Shown here: piece after piece, positions 38,457-46,747 of the stretch
How the letters are laid out: each line of letters starts with the position of its first letter
Numbering within the stretch: position 1 is the first letter of the stretch
Assembly (NCBI GenBank): GCA_965219385.1
Contig: CBDCNM010000002.1
Coordinates: 1,978,936-2,042,935 of the forward strand
DNA from: Candidatus Latescibacterota bacterium
GTDB taxonomy: Bacteria > Latescibacterota > UBA2968 > UBA8231
Direction: 5' to 3'
DNA: 64,000 bases
Notes under the pieces: model-generated
Seen by the model: only the letters and a program-made list of their open reading frames with translations
Databases searched by the model: none
Told to the model about the DNA's origin: nothing
Position numbers and translations under genes: made by a program

Positions 38457-39320
38457 GTGCACGATACAACCCGCTACGAGATCGAGCATATCTCCCGCTA
38501 CCTCTACGCATCACCGGTTCGGCACTGCGTGATGTCGCTCTGCATGAAGCCGCGCGACGACTCTGGCCAGCGGCTCCTGCGCTTTGAAGTCACGACGGAT
38601 CCCCCGGCCTCTCTGAACGGCGAGACGGACAGCTTCGGCAACACCAAGCACGTCCTCAACATCCACCGGGAGCACGTGGCCCTGGAGATCACTGCACGCT
38701 CCACAGTCGAAACGACCCCCTCCGTCCCGCCACCCGACTCATTGGGTACCGGTGCATGGGAAGAGATCGGCTCATGGATGGAGACTTTCACCCACTGGGA
38801 CTTCACACACGCCAGCGCGTTCGCCCGGCCCTCCCCCGCCCTCACCGCCTTCATCGAGCGGCTGGGCATCAGACAGGGAAACGATCCGCTGGAGACCCTG
38901 TTGCGGCTTTCCGACTCGCTCCACCACAGCTTCGAGTATGTCCCGGGGAGCACGTCGGCGGTCTCCCCCATCGACCATATCCTGGAGTCCGGCCGGGGGG
39001 TCTGCCAGGACTACGCCCACGTCATGATCGCCATTGCGCGCTCCTGGGGCGTGCCCGCCCGATACGTTTCAGGCTACGTGTTCGTCAACAAGGCCGGCGA
39101 GCATGCACCGGAGTCGGCTACCCACGCCTGGGTCGAATGCCTCCTGCCCGACCTGGGCTGGACCAGCTTCGACCCCACCAACTACAGCCTCCCCAACGAG
39201 CAGCACGTGCGCGTCGCGGTGGGCCGCGACTACCAAGACGTGTCCCCAACCCGCGGCGTCTTCATGGGTGGTGAAAAGAGTTCGCTCGAGGTCAACGTGC
39301 GGATGCGCTCAACGGAATAG
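38457..39320 (+). CDS. Transglutaminase family protein
   Basis: DSFGN, GVCQDYAH, ARYVSGY, THAWVE, FDPTN, GRDYQDVSP. Confidence 0.95.
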   Translation: MHDTTRYEIEHISRYLYASPVRHCVMSLCMKPRDDSGQRLLRFEVTTDPPASLNGETDSFGNTKHVLNIHREHVALEITARSTVETTPSVPPPDSLGTGAWEEIGSWMETFTHWDFTHASAFARPSPALTAFIERLGIRQGNDPLETLLRLSDSLHHSFEYVPGSTSAVSPIDHILESGRGVCQDYAHVMIAIARSWGVPARYVSGYVFVNKAGEHAPESATHAWVECLLPDLGWTSFDPTNYSLPNEQHVRVAVGRDYQDVSPTRGVFMGGEKSSLEVNVRMRSTE

Positions 39321-39396
39321 GCTTGACAAGGCCCCTCTTCTCGCGGTACGGCACTAGCCGCGAGATCGCGCCACCGACCCGGCCGAAACGTCGGGT

Positions 39397-40254
39397 TCAA
39401 AACGCGTAGCGCAAGGATACCCAAAGTCCATGGCCCGACAGATTTGTCCTTGTTTCGGCGAGATCGATCTCCAGCGGATCGCGGCTCCCGTCGCGCCAGA
39501 CGATCCGGCCCCTGGCCTTTCCGGTTTCGACGGCGCCGGAATCCGTATAACGCCAGGCAAGATCGAGCGCCATCTTCTTCCACGGAGACGTCGCAACTCC
39601 TGCCGTCAGCATCAAGGTGAAATTGACCCGTTGTCCGCCCGGAACGATGGTCGTCGTCTTCGGGAACTCCATGCGGGTGTCATCGATATTGATGCGGGCC
39701 AGGCCGCCGCCGCTCCCAAGGAACGGGTTGAGGGGACCGAGCCCGGGCAGGTCCAGATAAGCGGCAAGCACGCCGGACAGGGAGGACAGATCTGCCGAGA
39801 CCGCCTGCCTATCTGTGGTTTGTAAAAAATTGGCGCGACCTTCGAAGAAAAACTTCGGGCGGTACTGAAGGACGGCTTCGAGACGCAGGACAGGCGCCGC
39901 GACATAGCCGACCCCGAGTTCGAAACCGGCCATTGTGCCGAAATCGCCCAGCGAACTCCGGGGAGCGCCGTCGATACCCTTTCCGCAGCCATAGAGGGCC
40001 GCCGGAGAGATACTCGCACAGTCCTTATCCGTGAACCGCGTTTCTTCCGACCAGTCGAGAACAACCCCACCCCGAAGATAGAAATCATCCAAGGTTACGG
40101 CGGAGGCAGGCGACATGGTGGGTGGATCGGTTGGCGCGGACCCGCTTCCAATGATGATGTTGGCCGTCTGCGCGAACGCCATGGTCGGAATGGTCGTCGC
40201 CACGACGGCCACGACGAGTGCTGCACTAATCCATAATGCGCGGAAACGGATCAT
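39397..40254 (-). CDS. Outer-membrane beta-barrel protein (opacity/OmpA-like)
   Basis: Signal peptide, amphipathic strands, LDLAWRYTDSG, C-terminal LRYAF. Confidence 0.8.
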   Translation of the reverse strand: MIRFRALWISAALVVAVVATTIPTMAFAQTANIIIGSGSAPTDPPTMSPASAVTLDDFYLRGGVVLDWSEETRFTDKDCASISPAALYGCGKGIDGAPRSSLGDFGTMAGFELGVGYVAAPVLRLEAVLQYRPKFFFEGRANFLQTTDRQAVSADLSSLSGVLAAYLDLPGLGPLNPFLGSGGGLARINIDDTRMEFPKTTTIVPGGQRVNFTLMLTAGVATSPWKKMALDLAWRYTDSGAVETGKARGRIVWRDGSRDPLEIDLAETRTNLSGHGLWVSLRYAF

Positions 40255-40300
40255 TCGTTTGTCCCTCCTTCGTGCCGTTCAAGGCACCCTTTCCATCTAA

Positions 40301-40448
40301 CAATAGTTCGGACACTTTTTCGATTTTGAGCGGATTTCCATGGCATCAAAACTCGTAAGTGCTTATTTATCAACAAGTTGCGAATTTCAGTGCCGATTTT
40401 CCTAAGTCTTTATTTATCAACGACTTACAAAAAGTGTCCACAGTATTG
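40301..40448. mobile_element. 148-bp MITE with 20-bp imperfect terminal inverted repeats and 6-bp target duplication
   Basis: CAATAGTTCGGACACTTTTT ... AAAAAGTGTCCACAGTATTG (17/20 match); ATCTAA on both flanks (40295-40300 and 40449-40454). Confidence 0.85.
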
Positions 40449-40778
40449 ATCTAATGGAAGTGATACACGCGCAAAGCCGTCCAATCCCGCCTCGGCGAGA
40501 CGAGCTAGCCGGGCCATGCGCCACCTCCTGGACCGTAAGCGGGTTCGTCCTTCCCCTGGGGCGAATTCTCGCCTCTGCACACCCAGGCGAGAAGGGCGGC
40601 AGCGGCAGGGGATTCGGTAAATATGTTCACGGACATATCCAGGTTCCACCGGTTTCGAGATGCTGTCGGCGTGCCAGAGTCGAAGCGATGTTGCGACCGT
40701 GCGCGACACTTCGGCCAAGGCCATCCGGCCAGGCCAGGGCGGCGTCCTCTACAGCGGCTTCGGTCAATCGGAAGGGAG

Positions 40779-42296
40779 TCATTCGTCTTCCTGGTTGTCG
40801 AGATCTCGCAACCCCTGCTCCGCCGAGGCTACGAGACTGTCATCGCCGGCCTGGCGCGCCAAGTCGCGCGCTTTCTCAAAATCCTGCCGCGCTTCGTCTA
40901 TTAGATCCAACACGGCCTTCGCAACGCCCCGGTTGTTGTAAGCGTTGGCATTATCCGGCTTTAGGCGGACTACTTGGTCATAATCGGCGATGGCGTCACC
41001 GTGCCGCCCCAACGCGGCCTTCGCGGCACCTCGGTTGCTGTAGGCTTCGGTAAGGTCCGGTTTCAGGCGCACTGCCTCGTCATAATCGGCGATGGCGTCA
41101 TCATATCGCTCCAACGAAGCCTTCGCGGCGCCCCGGTTACAGTAGGTGGCGTAGTCCGGTTGCAGGCGGATCACTGCGTCATAATCGGCGATGGCGGCTT
41201 CGTAGCGGCCCAATACAGCGTTAGCGTCGCCCCGGTTGGTATAGGCTTCAACCAAGTCCGGTTGCAGGCGGATCACTGCGTCATAATCGGCGATGGCGGC
41301 TTCGTAGCGGCCCAGTGCGCTCTTCGCATAGCTCCGATTGAAATAGGCCTCGGCAAAGTCCGGTTGCAGGCGCAACGCCTGGTCAAAATCGCCGATGGCG
41401 GCTTCGTAGCGACCCAGTTCTCCCTTCGCAACGCCCCGGTTGTTGTAGGCTTTGGCGTCATCCGGTTGCAGGCGGATCACTGCGTCATAATCGGCGATAG
41501 CGGCTTCGTAGCGACCCAGTGCGCTCTTCACATGGCCCCGGTTGGTATAGGCTTCAACCAGGTCCGGTTGCAGGCGCAACGCCTGGTCAAAATCGCCGAT
41601 GGCGGCTTCGTAGCGACCCAGTTCGCTCTTCGCGTAGCCCCGGTTGTTGTAGGCTTTGGCGTCATCCGGTTGCAGACGGATCGCTTGGTCGTATAGGTCG
41701 AGGGCAATCTCCTTGTCTGTCGAGTATGCCTTGGAATTTTCACGAACACCCTCAATGACCTGCTTCGCTTTGGTGGGGTCATCGGCAACGGTCTGGGCGT
41801 TTATGTTCTGAAGAAAACTTTTGGCTTCATCTCGGTGCTTCTCAATCTCTTCGATGTAGCCCTTAGCGGCTTCCTCATGCTCCTTAGCCGTCGCTTCGAT
41901 TGCCCTAAACCTGCTGAAGCCTATGTAACCGCCGATGATTACAATAACGCTGAAAAACGTAAGGAATATAGCCGTGGCGATGAGCCAGCGGTCGATATAC
42001 GCGGCCCGGTCGTCCAGAAGCTCCCGCCGGAGTTCATTGAAGCGGCGCTGGATTTCGACCTCGCCGGCGGCAGGTATCGCCGGCTTGGCAGTCGGTTCGA
42101 TGGGCGTGGACACATCAGCGCCCGTCAATTGCTCGTCGTGCGTCGGGCCGGCATTGCCGGTCGCCGTCTCGGCCGCCGCCGGCGCGCTTTCCACGACGGG
42201 TTCGCTCGTCTGCGCGGACGTAATCGTTGGAACGGCTGCCGCCATTGCAGCCGCGACAAGCGTGGCCCGAACCCACGCCTTGATAAACCGGATCAT
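40779..42296 (-). CDS. Membrane-anchored tetratricopeptide repeat protein (8 TPRs)
   Basis: Signal peptide MIRFIKAW...AQT, TM helix, repeats AYxNRGxAKxxLGRYEAAIxDxDxxxRLQPD. Confidence 0.9.
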   Translation of the reverse strand: MIRFIKAWVRATLVAAAMAAAVPTITSAQTSEPVVESAPAAAETATGNAGPTHDEQLTGADVSTPIEPTAKPAIPAAGEVEIQRRFNELRRELLDDRAAYIDRWLIATAIFLTFFSVIVIIGGYIGFSRFRAIEATAKEHEEAAKGYIEEIEKHRDEAKSFLQNINAQTVADDPTKAKQVIEGVRENSKAYSTDKEIALDLYDQAIRLQPDDAKAYNNRGYAKSELGRYEAAIGDFDQALRLQPDLVEAYTNRGHVKSALGRYEAAIADYDAVIRLQPDDAKAYNNRGVAKGELGRYEAAIGDFDQALRLQPDFAEAYFNRSYAKSALGRYEAAIADYDAVIRLQPDLVEAYTNRGDANAVLGRYEAAIADYDAVIRLQPDYATYCNRGAAKASLERYDDAIADYDEAVRLKPDLTEAYSNRGAAKAALGRHGDAIADYDQVVRLKPDNANAYNNRGVAKAVLDLIDEARQDFEKARDLARQAGDDSLVASAEQGLRDLDNQEDE

Positions 42297-42350
42297 CACG
42301 TTCTCCCTTCTGCCGAGCCGTTCAATGCGCTTGAAGTTGCGGATGGTGAG

Positions 42351-42398
42351 TTTCGTCAGTTCGGATACCACGTTGGTGTATAGGAGATAGCGGCTCAT
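42351..42398 (-). pseudogene. N-terminal stub of a VapC/PIN toxin
   Basis: MSRYLLYTNVVSELTK matches the PIN start YLLDTNVVSEL with D->Y; ATGA overlap with the Phd antitoxin. Confidence 0.75.
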
Positions 42399-42673
42399 TC
42401 GGCCTCCTGCTCATTCAATGGAATCTCCCGTCGGGACGCTCTATCCCCAGGAATCTCGAGATTCACGCCACGCGGCATGTGGTCGATCAACCACTGGCCA
42501 AGGGGTTTGCGCGGTGACAATTGAGCCTGCCACACGCGCTCCGGCACTACGACGAAAGACTTCCGCGCGCCAATGCGCTGCGGCCCTTCCTCTTCGGCAA
42601 GCCGCAGGATTTCAGACAGCCGCGCCTTGGCCTCGGCGACGGTCCAGACGCGGTGGGGCTTGGAATGGCCCAT
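42395..42673 (-). CDS. Phd/YefM family antitoxin
   Basis: WTVAEAKARLSEILRLAEEEGPQRIG; GGAGG SD. Confidence 0.88.
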   Translation of the reverse strand: MGHSKPHRVWTVAEAKARLSEILRLAEEEGPQRIGARKSFVVVPERVWQAQLSPRKPLGQWLIDHMPRGVNLEIPGDRASRREIPLNEQEAE

Positions 42674-43041
42674 GATCAAAGCCTCCATATAAATAAGAGT
42701 TGGTCCAAGACCACATTCTGAGCGGTGTTGCGATTCGGTCGGTTGATTGTCTGGATGATGCGCTCCGGCTTTTCGCAACGCAGCACTAGCCGGTACAACT
42801 CGACACCCACGGTGAGGCAGACGTCATCAACCATGCGCCGTTGCCTGCGCGAGAGCCGTCCGCGAATGGATTGCATCCGCAGCCAACCCAACACTTCGCC
42901 GTGGTCGGTGCGACGTAACATTATCGAGTATGACATTCAAATAAGTATTGCACGAGCGTCGCGGCAGAGCCGACGGCTAGCTTCGCGTGATGATAGAATT
43001 CTTAATTTGGAAATGGAGGATGACAAAGTCAAGCTCCCCCC

Positions 43042-43094
43042 CGCAACTCCCCCGACACAACTTCGGCAATAGCGCGTCCCGCTGAGTGGCGAGG
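43042..43094 (-). repeat. Duplicated hsdS 3' tail (near-identical to 44539-44592)
   Basis: CGCAACTCCCCCGACACAACTTCGGCAATAGCGCGTCCCGC vs CGCAACTCCCCCGACACCAACTTCGGCAACAGCGCGTCCCGC; encodes LATQRDALLPKL. Confidence 0.85.
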
Positions 43095-43216
43095 CTGGTG
43101 GCCTCTCTACGGTAGCCAACACTCCTTAAAGGTGAGAGCGGCGTCTTCTCGGTGGATTCGGTAAGGGGGGTCATGGCACCTCCTAGGGGGATGTACCAAT
43201 TCTCAGAGAAATCAGA

Positions 43217-44383
43217 TTACGACCCAATGGCCGCCAGAATGCGCTTCGTCTCTACATAGAGATATAGCTCGTCATCTTGGGTGATAAGTCGGGCATGCAT
43301 CGTGCATATACGGATTGGATAGAGTCGCTGGAACGATTCTTGCACCGAATTCTTGCGACCAAAAATTTCCTTGAACACTTCCCGCCAGTTATCATTGCGC
43401 GTGATGATTTGCACGTAATCCGTAAAATTCGCATAAGCGATCAGGGGCCATTCTTGCTCGCCGTTGTCTTTGGCCTTTTGTCGCTTTTCCAACCATTGAT
43501 CCCTTATTGGGCCGGGAATTCGGTGCTTGGTCCAGTTCGTACCGAAAGCTGCATTCATCCGTTCGTCAATGAATTTTCGTATCTGAGTCTCGAATCGCTG
43601 GAGCAAGTCATGGGCCTTGTTGGTGCGCTTGAAGTCAGCTTCTCTTTCAGTTTTTTCTGATGTTGGTTTGAAATTATAGGCGTCGTCTGCGGGCACCGTT
43701 TCCTCTAGACCAGCGTCGGTGATGATCTGTTCAAACGCATTGTTAGGAAACGTAGTCAAGTCTGGATTGAGGCCGCGTTTCGTATAGAAGGAATTCCGTG
43801 TAAGGGGATCGGTAAAAATTTGAGGGGGCCAGATAATTCTCTTGCGCCAATCGCCCAAATCAATCCGCAACGCATCCGTCAGATGTGAATCAAACGCTGG
43901 CATTGTGCGGAGTGCATATCCGATACCTTGCAACCCTGCAAAGCCGTTGATGGAACTAAATTTGTTTACTGTATCAAGCCAAGGCATGTTTATAGACTTC
44001 ATAGCGGACTCTATACCACGCTGAAGCTCGGAGTTTTGTTTCCAGTATCGCTCTGCCATATTCGATGCCATCTCCATATTCGATGCCATGCTATTCGCGA
44101 ATTCGTGCAGTAGTTTTGTAGCTTCTGCGATTTCCGGCAAGCGAAATTGCTTCTCTGTTGCCAGTATCTGGTCCTGCATCTGGATGAATTCTCCACCGAG
44201 TTGCGATGCCTGGATCAAAGAGGCAGTCCGGCGCATATCTTCTAAAGGAGCCAAAGCAGTGCGCACTAATTCTTGGTGTCTATTGATATCTTCAATGACT
44301 TTCATTTCCCTCAAAAGTGGTTCGTATGGGCGACGAAGTTTCTCTTGTGTCTTCAGAATCTTATTTATGTGGTCACTCTGCAT
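43217..44383 (-). CDS. Swt1-like HEPN domain protein (putative RNase)
   Basis: FETQIRKFIDERM...YANFTDYVQII..DNWREVF...IRICTMHAR (RxxxxH at 43295-43312); low GC. Confidence 0.8.
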   Translation of the reverse strand: MQSDHINKILKTQEKLRRPYEPLLREMKVIEDINRHQELVRTALAPLEDMRRTASLIQASQLGGEFIQMQDQILATEKQFRLPEIAEATKLLHEFANSMASNMEMASNMAERYWKQNSELQRGIESAMKSINMPWLDTVNKFSSINGFAGLQGIGYALRTMPAFDSHLTDALRIDLGDWRKRIIWPPQIFTDPLTRNSFYTKRGLNPDLTTFPNNAFEQIITDAGLEETVPADDAYNFKPTSEKTEREADFKRTNKAHDLLQRFETQIRKFIDERMNAAFGTNWTKHRIPGPIRDQWLEKRQKAKDNGEQEWPLIAYANFTDYVQIITRNDNWREVFKEIFGRKNSVQESFQRLYPIRICTMHARLITQDDELYLYVETKRILAAIGS

Positions 44384-44388
44384 TCTTA

Positions 44389-44460
44389 TTACCTCGCTTT
44401 AAAGATCGGAACCCACCGCCGATGAGCTTGAGCAACAACGTGTCACGAAAGGCGGTCGGC
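44389..44460 (-). repeat. Diverged second hsdS 3' tail remnant
   Basis: Translates TAFRDTLLLKLIGGGFRSLKAR*; compare HsdS ALRDALLPKLVSGELR. Confidence 0.65.
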
Positions 44461-44498
44461 TCGCCAATCTCATGGTGGTTCGTAAATCTCCCGTCGCA

Positions 44499-46118
44499 TC
44501 AGTTTGTCGTCTCTAAGATAGGTTCCGCTTTCCCTACTCGCAACTCCCCCGACACCAACTTCGGCAACAGCGCGTCCCGCAAAGCGGCGAGGGTGCGGGA
44601 TTCTTCCTCCAGACGATGGCGACGTGTGAATATTGTACTGGCATAATGATTGAATTCGTCTACCACCAGTTTATCAGGGACAAGCTGCCTGTTCATATAT
44701 GCTAGGTTCCTATTGAGGCCCGGCACCGCCGAATCAGCCGAAACGGACGGGAGGTCTTGAGCGGTCAAGGCAAAGAACAGGAAGGGCAGCTCCCCGGTTG
44801 TATTTCTTGGAACGACGTAGAATGTCGTGTCGATTGGAAAGAAATCGCTATGCGTCCATGTGACGATGCCTGGATTGCCCTTCCTGCCAACAACAATGCC
44901 TGGACCGGCTGCTAATTTCTTGTCGTGCCAACCTACTTGTCCGTTTGAACCATACACCGGAATGGAGCCGCTCTTCCGGTCGGCTGCTTTCAGGGCTTTG
45001 CCGTAGGCTAGTTCGATAAGCTCCCCCAGCGCCTTCACCTCCCATCCTTCCGGTATCGGCCCCAATTCCGAGTCCACGAGCTGGTCGGGAAAGAGGTCGG
45101 CCAGCGGCTTGGGCAGCCCCGTATCGCGGCCCTCCATCTTGGCGCGGACAGGGTCGAAATCGACGAACCACGACTTGAACAGCGCCCGCGCCATCTCCTC
45201 CAGCGTCTCGTTCATGCGCCGGTTCAGCTCGATCTTGTCGTCCAGCGTGCCCAGAATGTGGGCGATGGCGCGTTGTTCGGGCAGAGGAGGATAGGGGACT
45301 ACAACATCACTGAGTATCTGAGTATTCAGCGATGGCATTGTTGCACCTACAGCGATTGACCGAATGTGTTCCTGAAATGATGCCCAACCAAAGAAATAGG
45401 AAAGATAACCGGGATCAATCTTATTCGGGTCTGGCCTTACTCGTAAACAACGCCCTGAGAATAACCAGCCGTCTTCCGCCTCACGTACCAGAGCACGCCG
45501 GTCCACGGACCCGACACGGCTGAACACTATGTCTCCCTTGCGAAGAGTGTATTTGGATAGTCGCTCTCTGTCATAATCCGATACGTGGGGCAAATCTTGA
45601 TGGATGATGCGGTTTTCACCTAGATGCTCTACAGTAAGAATGGGTGTCCCGACTGGTACGTAGTCTTTTTGATGGAGTTGGCTCCCAAAAGGCCCTGTTT
45701 GTACTCCATTGTCGTGATGGCAGAGATCCGCCAGAGAATTCTCAAAGAAGTCGGCTGACAACATGCCGTAGACAGTTTCTCGCCACGCACTGTCCACAAC
45801 CCGCTCTTCCTTCTCCACTAACACCACATGCTCCACTTCAATCCGCTTTCGGAACGACTCAGGAACATCGTCCCACACGAACAAATCCACCCGAAACGAC
45901 AGGTTGCTTTCCTCGAATGCTTCCCTGAGATCGGCAACCCGGCCGTTTTGCTCCAGAGTTGCGAATACCACCATGTCGAGATCGTATTGCGGCCGTGCGG
46001 TCCACTTGGCGCGGGAGCCATAGACCCAGGCGGCGGTGTTCGGCAGATGCTTTCCCAGCAACGCCAGAACGGTTTTGCGCTGGTCTGCGGTGATATCAAT
46101 GCCCCGGTTTATCCCCAT
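44499..46118 (-). CDS. hsdS: Type I R-M specificity subunit with N-terminal minimal nucleotidyltransferase (MNT) domain
   Basis: N-terminal VYGSRA...YDLDMVV...FEES...RVDLFVWDDVP; two TRDs (QTGPFGSQL; PVYGSNG...GRKG), PPLPEQRAIA, IPEGWEV, RDALLPKLVSGELRV. Confidence 0.92.
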   Translation of the reverse strand: MGINRGIDITADQRKTVLALLGKHLPNTAAWVYGSRAKWTARPQYDLDMVVFATLEQNGRVADLREAFEESNLSFRVDLFVWDDVPESFRKRIEVEHVVLVEKEERVVDSAWRETVYGMLSADFFENSLADLCHHDNGVQTGPFGSQLHQKDYVPVGTPILTVEHLGENRIIHQDLPHVSDYDRERLSKYTLRKGDIVFSRVGSVDRRALVREAEDGWLFSGRCLRVRPDPNKIDPGYLSYFFGWASFQEHIRSIAVGATMPSLNTQILSDVVVPYPPLPEQRAIAHILGTLDDKIELNRRMNETLEEMARALFKSWFVDFDPVRAKMEGRDTGLPKPLADLFPDQLVDSELGPIPEGWEVKALGELIELAYGKALKAADRKSGSIPVYGSNGQVGWHDKKLAAGPGIVVGRKGNPGIVTWTHSDFFPIDTTFYVVPRNTTGELPFLFFALTAQDLPSVSADSAVPGLNRNLAYMNRQLVPDKLVVDEFNHYASTIFTRRHRLEEESRTLAALRDALLPKLVSGELRVGKAEPILETTN

Positions 46119-46154
46119 GTTTCCCCGCTCATGGGTATCGTTATCCTCCGAAGC

Positions 46155-46747
46155 CTAACTTTCTCCAAACTTAAAAAGCGCCTCGATAAAGCGATTTGCA
46201 TAGGGCGACGCGTTCTTGACTTTCGCTGGATCCAGTTTCGCCAGGATCTCGAAGCTGTGCGCTCCCTTGTCATAGCGGCCTTTCGTAGTACTGCGGGTGG
46301 CCTGAACAAGACCATCTAGGACATCCTCTTTAGAAATCTGTTCGATCTGCTGATTCGGCGAGAGCGCATTCTCCTGGTAGCCCTGGCCATAAAACTCCCC
46401 GAGCGCCTTACGATCAGCTAGAAACCAGGATCCCATGACCTCCACCATGAGGTGGCATTGGTCGTCCGTCGCCCCGGCAGGGCAATTCCAGCCATCACGG
46501 GCTTTGAGGTGTTGCCACGGCCCTGCTTCCCCTACCGGCCCCTCCGCGTCCACGAGAAGAAAAGCGCTCCATCCTCATGTCTTTTCGCGAAGTCCTCGTA
46601 CGCGCTCTCGCGCCTACCGCAGGCCACAATGCTGGGCATTCTTCCCTCCAACCCCGCTTTCTCGATGAAAATCCGAAAGCCTTTGCGGTACGCCGTCTTC
46701 AGCGTCTTGCTATCGCCTCCGCCTTCCACATAGAGCTTGATGCTCAC
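46155..46747 (-). pseudogene. DUF4276 family (TOPRIM-like) protein, frameshifted near 46560-46580
   Basis: 5' part IKLYVEGGG...IVACGRRESAY; 3' part in another frame LVDAEGP...HLMVEVMGSWFLAD...YDKGAHS; GTGA overlap with the ATPase. Confidence 0.8.

Noticed and set aside
40860..41670. TPR repeats as DGR template/variable repeats
   Set aside because: No reverse transcriptase; differences are not adenine-specific; all repeats are in-frame coding
42676..42936. 86-aa ORF between Phd and the hsdS tail copy
   Set aside because: No recognisable motif or SD; cannot support it as a gene
44056..44091. 18-bp in-frame duplication (MASNME MASNMA) in the HEPN gene
   Set aside because: Real but frame-preserving and in a variable region; no functional inference possible
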